A stretch of DNA of 64,000 nucleotides. Source: Candidatus Micrarchaeota archaeon (GTDB taxonomy: Archaea > Micrarchaeota > Micrarchaeia > Burarchaeales > Fermentimicrarchaeaceae). Within the stretch, counting starts at the first letter, position 1. Each line of letters begins with the position of its first letter. Shown piece by piece: positions 56,309 through 64,000 of the stretch. Location of the stretch: contig JAPLWV010000051.1 in assembly GCA_026396385.1 (NCBI GenBank), positions 26,143 to 90,142 of the forward strand, given 5' to 3'. The notes below the pieces were generated by a model. It saw only the letters and a program-made list of their open reading frames with translations. It was not told the DNA's origin and ran no database searches. A program made the translations under genes and the position numbers.

Positions 56309-57196
56309 ATGACCAGGATACTCGTCATAGGCGCAACTGGGCTACTGGGCAGCAGGCTTATGGAGCTGGGGAAGGAAAGCTACGAGATGCACGGAACCTA
56401 CAGTAGAGACAAGCCAAAGGGAAGCAATATGCACAGGATGGATGTTACAAAGAGGGATGAAGTTTTTTCAATACTGGAGAAAGTAAAGCCGGACTGCGTG
56501 GCAGATACGGCAGCCATCACGGATGTGGATTACTGCGAGACGCATCCTGAAGAGGCATGGCTTGTGAATGTTGATGGAACTAAGAATGTTGCGGAAGCAT
56601 GCAAAAGGATTGGGGCAAAAATGGTATTCCTGTCCACGGATTATGTATTCGATGGGAAAAAACTTGATTACAGCGAAAAGGACAAGCCAAGGCCCATGAA
56701 TTATTATGCAAAAACAAAGCTGGTTTCAGAGCACGTGCTCGAGGCGCTGGGTGTTAACTATATAACTGCAAGGACTGCCGTGCTGTACGGGCTTGGAGGG
56801 CTTGGGAAGAAGAATTTCGTGACCTGGATTATTGAGAAGCTCGATAATAAGGAGAAGATTAGGATAGTGACTGACCAGCACAATAACCCCACCTATTCCG
56901 ACAACCTAGCTGAAATACTCCTTGCGCTATACAGGAAGGATGCGAAGGGGTTATTCCATGTCACTGGAAGTGACTGTCTGAGCAGGTATGAGTTCGCTTT
57001 GAGAATATCTGATGCGTTCGGATTGGATGGTAAGCTCATAAGCCCCACGACTACACCTGAACTAAACCAGATAGCAGTTAGGCCAGAAAAGGTTTCAATG
57101 GTGACAAACAAGGTTGAGAGGGTGACGGGAATTAAGCCCATGGGGGTTGATGAGGGGTTGAGGAGGCTTAAGGAGCAGCTGGAGGTAAAAGAATGA
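56309..57196 (+). CDS. rmlD: dTDP-4-dehydrorhamnose reductase
   Basis: RILVIGATGLLGSRL; YAKTK catalytic; 295 aa; RmlD-length SDR without the extended C-domain. Confidence 0.75.
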   Translation: MTRILVIGATGLLGSRLMELGKESYEMHGTYSRDKPKGSNMHRMDVTKRDEVFSILEKVKPDCVADTAAITDVDYCETHPEEAWLVNVDGTKNVAEACKRIGAKMVFLSTDYVFDGKKLDYSEKDKPRPMNYYAKTKLVSEHVLEALGVNYITARTAVLYGLGGLGKKNFVTWIIEKLDNKEKIRIVTDQHNNPTYSDNLAEILLALYRKDAKGLFHVTGSDCLSRYEFALRISDAFGLDGKLISPTTTPELNQIAVRPEKVSMVTNKVERVTGIKPMGVDEGLRRLKEQLEVKE

Positions 57197-57924
57197 AATC
57201 CGAAAAGCAAAGAAAGCATCTAGTGAAATTGGCAATCCTAAGAAGAGGGACGCACCACTCAGAAGAATCTAAGAAAAAGATGAGCGAAATCAAAAAAAGA
57301 TTATTTGCAGAAGGCAGATTAATTCAGTGGAGCAAAGGCAAACATTTTTCAGCAGAAGAATACCCGAACAAGGGTATGCGGGGCAAGCATCACTCATTAA
57401 AAAGCATACAAAAAATGAGCGAAATGCATAAAGGACTCCCATCATATTGGAAAAGAAAACATCGTTCTGAAGAAACTAAAGAAAAAATAAGTTTAAAGCT
57501 AATTGGTAATCCCGCATGGAACAAGAACATAAGAGATATTCATTTATCACCACAAACAGAATTTAAAAAAGGACGTCATCCATCAACTTCTACAGAATTT
57601 AAGAAGGGGCAGATTCCGTGGAATAGAGATAAACCCTACTTACAGATACGAGGTTCAAAACATCATAATTGGAAAGGAGGGATAACGCCATTCCGAATTG
57701 CATTACATAACTCATTGGAGTACCAAAGATGGAGAAAGACAACATTTGAAAGAGATAACTATACTTGTCAAAAATGTGGGCAACGTGGAATTAAATTAGG
57801 AGTACATCACATAAAACCATTTGCGCAATTTCCTGAATTAAGATTAGATATTAATAACGGCATTACTTTATGCAAAGACTGTCATAATCAAACAAAAAGA
57901 GGAGTAGGATTATGCGTTGTTTAG
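57193..57924 (+). CDS. free-standing HNH homing endonuclease with N-terminal NUMOD3 DNA-binding repeats
   Basis: Three NUMOD3-like repeats (GTHHSEESKKKMSE; GKHHSLKSIQKMSE; KHRSEETKEKISL). C-terminal HNH motif CQKCG...GVHHIKP...NNGITLCKDCHNQ. Lys-rich and AT-rich. Overlaps the rmlD stop (ATGA) and the rmlB start. Confidence 0.8.
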   Translation: MKSEKQRKHLVKLAILRRGTHHSEESKKKMSEIKKRLFAEGRLIQWSKGKHFSAEEYPNKGMRGKHHSLKSIQKMSEMHKGLPSYWKRKHRSEETKEKISLKLIGNPAWNKNIRDIHLSPQTEFKKGRHPSTSTEFKKGQIPWNRDKPYLQIRGSKHHNWKGGITPFRIALHNSLEYQRWRKTTFERDNYTCQKCGQRGIKLGVHHIKPFAQFPELRLDINNGITLCKDCHNQTKRGVGLCVV

Positions 57925-58874
57925 TCACAGGGGGATGCGGCTTCATATTCTCCAATTTTATAAGGTACATGCTGCAGAAATACCCAGATTACGAGATAAT
58001 CAACTTGGACAAGTTGACATACTGTGGGCGCATTGAGAACACTCTGGATTTCAAGAACAACAAGAGGTACAGGTTTGTAAAAGGTGACGTATGCAACAGA
58101 AAGCTTATTGAGAAGATTACGAAGGATGTTGATGTTATAATAAATGCAGCTGCAGAGACCCATGTGGACAGGTCGATAATAGACGCGGGAACATTTGTAG
58201 AGACAGACGTATTCGGCACATACAGCCTGCTTGAAGCTGCAAGGAAGAATGATGTTGAGAAATACGTGCAGATCTCAACTGATGAGGTTTACGGAAGCAT
58301 GGAAAAGGGAAGCTTCAGAGAGGATGACCTTCCCAACCCAAGCTCCCCTTACTCGGCAAGCAAGGCAGGGGCGGATATGCTTGTTATGGCTTACCGCAAA
58401 ACCCATGGCCTGCCAGTGATGATAACAAGGAGCTCGAACAACTACGGCCCTTATCAGTTTCCGGAGAAGCTCATACCGCTTTTCATAACAAACCTCATTG
58501 AGAACAAGAAGGTTCCGCTGTACGGGAATGGATTGAACATCAGAGACTGGCTCTTCATGACTGACAACTGCATAGCGGTGGATACGGTTCTGCAGAAAGG
58601 AAAAATCGGCGAGATTTACAATATTGCGTCATGCGAGGAGAAGACAAATTTGGAGATAACAAATATCTTGCTTAAGCTGTTTGGCAAATCCAAGGATATG
58701 ATTCAATTCGTTGATGACAGAAAGGGGCATGATTTCAGATATTCATTAAATTGCGATAAGACTCGGGAGTTGGGATGGGAGCCGAAAGTCAAGCTTGATG
58801 AAGGTTTGAGGGAGACAGTTGTGTGGTACAAGAAAAACGAGTGGTGGTGGAAGCCTCTGAAGAAGGGTGTTTAG
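57912..58874 (+). CDS. rmlB: dTDP-glucose 4,6-dehydratase
   Basis: MRCLVTGGCGFIFSNF; YSASK catalytic; 320 aa. Confidence 0.85.
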   Translation: MRCLVTGGCGFIFSNFIRYMLQKYPDYEIINLDKLTYCGRIENTLDFKNNKRYRFVKGDVCNRKLIEKITKDVDVIINAAAETHVDRSIIDAGTFVETDVFGTYSLLEAARKNDVEKYVQISTDEVYGSMEKGSFREDDLPNPSSPYSASKAGADMLVMAYRKTHGLPVMITRSSNNYGPYQFPEKLIPLFITNLIENKKVPLYGNGLNIRDWLFMTDNCIAVDTVLQKGKIGEIYNIASCEEKTNLEITNILLKLFGKSKDMIQFVDDRKGHDFRYSLNCDKTRELGWEPKVKLDEGLRETVVWYKKNEWWWKPLKKGV

Positions 58875-59571
58875 AGATGGTGACTGCATGAGCATAATTC
58901 ACTCGGCTGCCAAGTCAGTCTATTGGAAGTTCTACGTAAAAATATTCCCGCACATGGTTATCCTTGTTAGAAGAGAGCTTGAAGGGTGCAAGAGCTTTCT
59001 TGATCTTGGATGCGGGAGGGACTCTCCGGTAAAACATTTCTCAAAAGAGTTCTACTGTGTTGGCGTGGATGTTTTCAAGCCCTTTATTGAGGAGAGCAGA
59101 AAGAAAGGGATACATGATGAATACACTCTTATGAATGTGACTAATCTCAAGTTCAAGCCCCGCTCATATGATGCCGTTCTGGCTTTAGATTTGATAGAAC
59201 ATCTCCCAAAAGACGAGGGTAAGAAGCTCCTTAGAACTATGGAAAAAATTGCAAAAAAGAGGGTGATAGTCTTCACTCCAAACGAGTTCCTTAAGCAGGA
59301 TGAGCTTGAGGGAAATAAGTATCAGGTACATAAATCCGGCTGGACAGTTTCTGAGATGAGGGAGAGGGGTTACAGGGTGATGGGTGTTGGCGGGGCTAAA
59401 TTTCTTCGGGGGAGAGGCAGGCTCGCTCATTTGAGAGGGAAGGGAGTTGTGGATCATTACATGTATTACTTCTGGTGGGCTGTTTCCGATATAACACAGC
59501 TTTTTACTTACCATTTTCCAGAGTATGCATTTCAGTTGTTATGCGTAAAGGATGTTGACAAGGAGGTGTAG
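58867..59571 (+). CDS. class I SAM-dependent methyltransferase
   Basis: FLDLGCGRDSP motif I; 234 aa. Confidence 0.65.
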   Translation: MFRDGDCMSIIHSAAKSVYWKFYVKIFPHMVILVRRELEGCKSFLDLGCGRDSPVKHFSKEFYCVGVDVFKPFIEESRKKGIHDEYTLMNVTNLKFKPRSYDAVLALDLIEHLPKDEGKKLLRTMEKIAKKRVIVFTPNEFLKQDELEGNKYQVHKSGWTVSEMRERGYRVMGVGGAKFLRGRGRLAHLRGKGVVDHYMYYFWWAVSDITQLFTYHFPEYAFQLLCVKDVDKEV

Positions 59572-59573
59572 TC

Positions 59574-60335
59574 ATGAGCGGAGTGGTTGGAGTTGTGCTT
59601 GCTGGAGGCGAGGCGAGTAGACTTGGCGAGCTTACAAGAATAACAAACAAACATCTGTTGCCTGTTGGGAAGGTTCCGATGATATATCACTCTTTGAAAA
59701 GATTGGAAGAGGCAGGCATAGGAGAAGTATGCCTTGTGACCGGACAGAATCATGCTGGCGATTTCATAGATATACTTGGAGATGGGAGGGTAGTGGGAAG
59801 GGAAGGTAGAGTGTTGATTGACCTTAATCTCACCTACAAGGTTCAGAAGAGAGCTGGCGGCATAGCTGAGGCACTAAGCCTTACTAAACATTTTGTTGGT
59901 GATAACAAGGTAGTCGTTATACTCGGTGACAATATAATAGGCGGTTCAATAGATGCATACGTGGATGCATTCAGAAAACAAAAAAGCGGCGCAAGGCTGC
60001 TTTTGAAGAAAGTTAAGGATCCATGGAGATTTGGAGTTGTTGAGATAGAGAAAGGGAGTATATCCCAGATAGTTGAGAAGCCAAAGAAACCAAAATCCAA
60101 TCTCGTACAGATTGGGGTGTACATGTATGACAATGGGGTATTTGGTATAATATCAAAATTGAAGCCATCAAAAAGAAGAGAGCTGGAGATAACTGATGTA
60201 AACATGCATTATGTGAAGGAGGGCACTATAGAATTTGATATATTGACCCACTGGTGGACTGACGCAGGCACCTTAGACTCACTCGGAGAGGCGAATAGGC
60301 TGGCATTTAGGGATTGGAAGCTTTTGGGCTTCTGA
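59574..60335 (+). CDS. rmlA: glucose-1-phosphate thymidylyltransferase-like nucleotidyltransferase (short form)
   Basis: VVGVVLAGGEASRLGELTRITNKHLLPVG; 253 aa; part of the rml gene string. Confidence 0.7.
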   Translation: MSGVVGVVLAGGEASRLGELTRITNKHLLPVGKVPMIYHSLKRLEEAGIGEVCLVTGQNHAGDFIDILGDGRVVGREGRVLIDLNLTYKVQKRAGGIAEALSLTKHFVGDNKVVVILGDNIIGGSIDAYVDAFRKQKSGARLLLKKVKDPWRFGVVEIEKGSISQIVEKPKKPKSNLVQIGVYMYDNGVFGIISKLKPSKRRELEITDVNMHYVKEGTIEFDILTHWWTDAGTLDSLGEANRLAFRDWKLLGF

Positions 60336-60342
60336 TACACTT

Positions 60343-61446
60343 CTAGGAAACCAGAATGCGTTCAAGGCTTTTTGCACGCAACTTCCAATCGTTCTTCTTT
60401 ATTGAAACTTCTCTAGCATAGCTGGCTTTTTTAGCAGCTTCTGCTTTGTTTTTGTAGATTGAGATAAGAGCGCAAGACAGCTCAGCAGCGTCATCAGGAT
60501 GTACAATATAGCCTGCCTTTCCATTCTCAAGGTATTTGCGAAGCTCACCCACATCACTTGCTATTATGGGCTTGCCTAGGGACATGAATTCGAAAACCTT
60601 CACATTTGATTGGTAGTGCATTCCCTCTAACGGCGAGTAGGGAACGACTATTGCATCAGCAGATGAGAGTAGCCCGGGTAGCTTTTCGTAGGGTACTACT
60701 CCTAAAAAAATGAAATATTCCTCCAGGTTTCTCTTTTTTATTATCTGCTGCAACTCGCCCTTTTTTGGTCCGTCTCCGATTATATGGCATACTAGATGGG
60801 GTATGTCTGCTCTCACCCTGTCCACCATCTCTACAACTGATAGTATGTGCTTTATTTTGTACAAATAACTGACAAGGAATATATGGAATCCTTTCTGCTT
60901 TTTCACCTTCAACGGTTTGAATCTCTTTGTGTCAACACCGTTGGGCAGGTAGAAACATTTCCCCCAGTACTTTGCAGGTATCTTTTCGCTCTTTATGTAT
61001 TCATTTGCGTAGATTATTTTATCTGCGAACCAGATGCAGAACTTTGACAGTATTTCCATGAAGAACAGCTTATAGAAAGGTTCATCGTTGTCCTTCAGTG
61101 TTGCAGATTCCCACTCATCACAGTCCAGCAGAGTCGTGCACTTCGGGTTGATAATTTTATAGAGAATTGCTGGTAGGAATGTAAATGGGTGACACTTGTA
61201 GAAATAAACCACATCGGGTTTTTGGGAGAGTAAGTGGAGGAGCGATTTTGCAATGTAGATGGGAAGAGTTAGGAAGGATTTGTTTTCAAGTGGAAAGTAG
61301 AAACGTGAATCATCAAATGAAACTCCGTATTTATCCCTTTTCGGAAGTATGAATCGGACTTCGTTCTGCATATTTATTGCTATCTGATAGAGCCTGTTCA
61401 TCCCTGCGCTTCTTGCCGAGAATGGGGAGAGCATCATAATTTTCAT
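60343..61446 (-). CDS. glycosyltransferase family 4
   Basis: EGMHYQSNVKVFEFMSLGKPIIASDVGELRKYL C-terminal GT4 block. Confidence 0.75.
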   Translation of the reverse strand: MKIMMLSPFSARSAGMNRLYQIAINMQNEVRFILPKRDKYGVSFDDSRFYFPLENKSFLTLPIYIAKSLLHLLSQKPDVVYFYKCHPFTFLPAILYKIINPKCTTLLDCDEWESATLKDNDEPFYKLFFMEILSKFCIWFADKIIYANEYIKSEKIPAKYWGKCFYLPNGVDTKRFKPLKVKKQKGFHIFLVSYLYKIKHILSVVEMVDRVRADIPHLVCHIIGDGPKKGELQQIIKKRNLEEYFIFLGVVPYEKLPGLLSSADAIVVPYSPLEGMHYQSNVKVFEFMSLGKPIIASDVGELRKYLENGKAGYIVHPDDAAELSCALISIYKNKAEAAKKASYAREVSIKKNDWKLRAKSLERILVS

Positions 61447-61767
61447 AAAACCATTAGGTTACTTAATGCCGAGAACAGAGCTTATTTTATCACCCCTGCT
61501 TTTATTACCATACGGTTAGATGAGTTATGCTATACTCAAAATGCTCTTCGAAAGGCAGTTAAGAATTCAATTGAAAGAAAAATGCAAACAAGAATTTTGA
61601 GGTTGGTAGCGGTGCCATTTGGAATTTTTTCGTATGGTTTGAACACATAAAAGTAATAAAGATGATACGTCAATAATGTAGAAACGGCGTGATGCCTGAG
61701 TGAATCGCTCTTGGGATGAGGAGGACAGTATTAGATTGGAACTTCTGTAAAAAGGAGGGTTGAAATC

Positions 61768-62856
61768 GTGAGAGTTTGCTTGCTAAACCCATATCCGCTT
61801 TCATTCAGGTTCAAAGGAGGGGTAGAGTCCGTACTCTATTCCTTGAATCTGGAATTAATGAAGAGGGGGGTTGAAACAGAGGTAATATCGCTCTCAGAAG
61901 AGGAGATGAGGATAATCCCCCTGTTCGCTCGTTTGACGATATCCCTAGTTCTGCTGAGGAAGCTGCTGAAATCCCAAGCTCGTTTTGACATTGTACATTC
62001 GCATGCTTGGGCTGCGGGTACTCTTAGATTTATAAAAAATAAGCCAACCATAGCCACAGCTCATGGAACTACCAAGGGTTTCCTAAACAGGACTTGGAAT
62101 ACCCGACCCCTCTTTTCTAAGGTATACAACTCCATTGTCACATCGAACTTGGAGAATATTGGCTTCAGGAGTGCAAAGCAAGTTACCGCGGTCTCCCGCT
62201 CAAGCAAAAGAGAGATTGTTGATAATTACGGGATACCCGAAGAGAGAATAGCCGTTGTATACAACGGGATAGACCCGGATAAGGTACACAGGGTTAAAAC
62301 CAATCTGAGAGATGAAATCGAATGCGAGCATCTCCTCTTTTTCATGGGAAGGCTGATTAAAGAAAAGGGAATCGAAGTTCTCATAAACGCCATGGCAATG
62401 CTTGGGAATTATGACGTCAAGCTTGTGGTGGCTGGAGAAGGAAGGGGAGAAGCGGAGGTGCGGAGGCTGACCTCCGAACTCAATTTAAGGGAGAAGGTCA
62501 TCTTCGCTGGAACGCTGGATGAGAAAAAGAAGCTTCAATACATGTCTGCAAGCGATGCGTTTGTCTTCCCATCCTTTTCCGAGTCTTTTGGCATGACACT
62601 GCTCGATGCAATGGCGTGCAAAACCCCAATTGTCGCATCAAGAGTCGCCAGCATACCCGAAGTCGTTGGGAATTGCGGAGTCCTCGTTGAGCCAAGAGAC
62701 CCAGCAAAACTCGCAGAAGGAATAGAGAAGCTGTTGAATGATAAAAAAGCTTCTAAGAAACTTGCCAGTAAAGCTTATGAGAGATTAACTTCTAATTTTA
62801 CAGTTGAAAAAATGGCGGATGGATACCTAAGGACATACGAAAATGTGTTGAGATGA
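61768..62856 (+). CDS. glycosyltransferase family 4
   Basis: SESFGMTLLDAMACKTPIVASRV. GTG start preceded by AAAGGAGGG at -9. Confidence 0.8.
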   Translation: MRVCLLNPYPLSFRFKGGVESVLYSLNLELMKRGVETEVISLSEEEMRIIPLFARLTISLVLLRKLLKSQARFDIVHSHAWAAGTLRFIKNKPTIATAHGTTKGFLNRTWNTRPLFSKVYNSIVTSNLENIGFRSAKQVTAVSRSSKREIVDNYGIPEERIAVVYNGIDPDKVHRVKTNLRDEIECEHLLFFMGRLIKEKGIEVLINAMAMLGNYDVKLVVAGEGRGEAEVRRLTSELNLREKVIFAGTLDEKKKLQYMSASDAFVFPSFSESFGMTLLDAMACKTPIVASRVASIPEVVGNCGVLVEPRDPAKLAEGIEKLLNDKKASKKLASKAYERLTSNFTVEKMADGYLRTYENVLR

Positions 62857-63734
62857 AAACATACTATATAAGCATTCTAATCTTCACGTATAACAGAGAA
62901 AAGAAGCTTGCGGATACTATGCGGGCTCTATTTAAACAAAAATATCCTTTGGACCATTATGAGATAATAGTGAGTGATGACGGTTCTAGTGATGGAACTT
63001 CTGAAGTGGTAAAAGCATTGCAGGCTGAATCTCCTTGTAAACTGGTATATGTACAAAATCTACATAGGGGGGTTGCAGCAACGATAAACTCTGGGGCAAA
63101 AAAGTCTAGCGGAGATGTTTTGATTCTGCTGGGCGATGACGTGATTACCAGTCCAACTTTCCTCGAAGAGTATAACAGGGCGTATAATAAATACCCTGAT
63201 ATCGCAGGCGTAGCCGGGTATACCTGTCCACTTTCAACTACTATCTTCGCAAGACACGAATGGTTCATGACGCAGTATTACTTGAAATTCAATTTTGAAG
63301 AGAGAGTTATGAAAAAAGGCGAGGCAGTGAGTAACCCCATCAGCGTAAAAAGAAACATTTTTTTTGAAATAGGCGGCATTAGCGAGAAAATCAAATATGC
63401 GCGTGGAGACGATTCAGAAGTGATAGAAAAACTCTATGAAAAAGGATATGCTATGGTTAGTATCCCAACAAAAACAATCCACATGCAAGATTACAACCTG
63501 AGAGGTTTCATCAAAAGTGCAGAGAATAGAGGGACAGAAGGCCGCCGTTACCTATTAGGTAATAACTACAAATTCCCAAGGCTGCGTTTTGCAGTGAAGT
63601 TTACGCTCATGCCTCTACTGTTCTTCAAATACTGGTACGACTTTGCAAAATTCGGCAGAATACTGTCAATTGATATGGTTGCTATGAGAACAGTATTCAA
63701 TGCAGTTTCATCATTATATGCCGTGTTTGGATGA
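62853..63734 (+). CDS. GT2 glycosyltransferase
   Basis: ISILIFTYNREKKL, IVSDDGSSDGT and GDD motifs. Confidence 0.75.
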   Translation: MKTYYISILIFTYNREKKLADTMRALFKQKYPLDHYEIIVSDDGSSDGTSEVVKALQAESPCKLVYVQNLHRGVAATINSGAKKSSGDVLILLGDDVITSPTFLEEYNRAYNKYPDIAGVAGYTCPLSTTIFARHEWFMTQYYLKFNFEERVMKKGEAVSNPISVKRNIFFEIGGISEKIKYARGDDSEVIEKLYEKGYAMVSIPTKTIHMQDYNLRGFIKSAENRGTEGRRYLLGNNYKFPRLRFAVKFTLMPLLFFKYWYDFAKFGRILSIDMVAMRTVFNAVSSLYAVFG

Positions 63735-63757
63735 GAAATAATCTGAAGGTAGATTAA

Positions 63758-64000
63758 ATGAAAACATTAGATTTAGGTTGTGGTAATGATAAGCTATCAG
63801 GAGCAGTAGGAGTGGACATAGACCCAAATAGTAAAGCGGATATACTTCATGATTTGAATGTAATGCCTTATCCATTTGAAAATAACGAATTTGATTATGT
63901 AAGAATGAAACACTCATTGGAACACCTAAGAGATATAAAAGAAGTTCTTAATGAAGTAATAAGGATAACCAAACCGAAAGGTAAAATACTTCTGCAATAC
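63758..64000 (+). CDS. class I SAM-dependent methyltransferase, 5' part (runs off window end)
   Basis: MKTLDLGCGNDKL motif I; open to the end of the window. Confidence 0.65.
   Translation, partial: MKTLDLGCGNDKLSGAVGVDIDPNSKADILHDLNVMPYPFENNEFDYVRMKHSLEHLRDIKEVLNEVIRITKPKGKILLQY

Noticed and set aside
57193-57924. Intein interpretation of the HNH ORF
   Set aside because: It is not embedded in a host protein frame. rmlD and rmlB are complete on either side and no splicing blocks are present. It is a free-standing gene.

Overview
The window appears to come from an archaeon (class I CCA-adding enzyme, AlaX-L, RibL-type FAD synthase, Dph6, Pelota plus ABCE1, AglB/STT3, PAC2 chaperone, and a tRNA with an apparent intron), with moderate GC. 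About 45 kb of the 64 kb is a dense surface-glycosylation locus in two arms, 1-17.4 kb and 42.3-64 kb. It holds two AglB oligosaccharyltransferase paralogues, three or four large GT-C (PMT_2-like) membrane glycosyltransferases, several Dol-P-sugar-synthase-type GT2 enzymes, and GT4 enzymes. It also holds a Wzx-like flippase, a Wzm/Wzt ABC exporter, the dolichol precursor enzymes UppS and a geranylgeranyl-reductase homologue, rmlABCD, ugd, an ArnA/UXS-like decarboxylase, a Glf-like mutase, an acetyltransferase, and six SAM methyltransferases. Between the arms lies a housekeeping core: AsnRS, AlaX, CCA, Dph6, RibL, an MtaD-like deaminase, JAMM, a PfkB kinase, an ABC importer and a tRNA. Five loci stand out. 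(1) A symmetric cassette in which two divergently transcribed RelE/ParE toxin-antitoxin pairs sit exactly between pelota and abcE1. Pelota and ABCE1 are the factors that rescue ribosomes stalled on RelE-cleaved mRNA. (2) A compositionally AT-rich island (about 21.57-29.66 kb) of lipobox-type secreted proteins, including a 1.3-kDa-residue M6 (InhA-like) metalloprotease with three LamG repeats and a serpin with a novel Cys-rich N-terminal domain. (3) A free-standing NUMOD3-HNH homing-endonuclease gene wedged between rmlD and rmlB. (4) An ABC ATPase separated from its own TOBE domain by a single in-frame TAA. (5) A type-II tRNA (probably Leu-UAA) with a non-canonical insertion. All calls are from reading the sequence and translations; no database search was possible.
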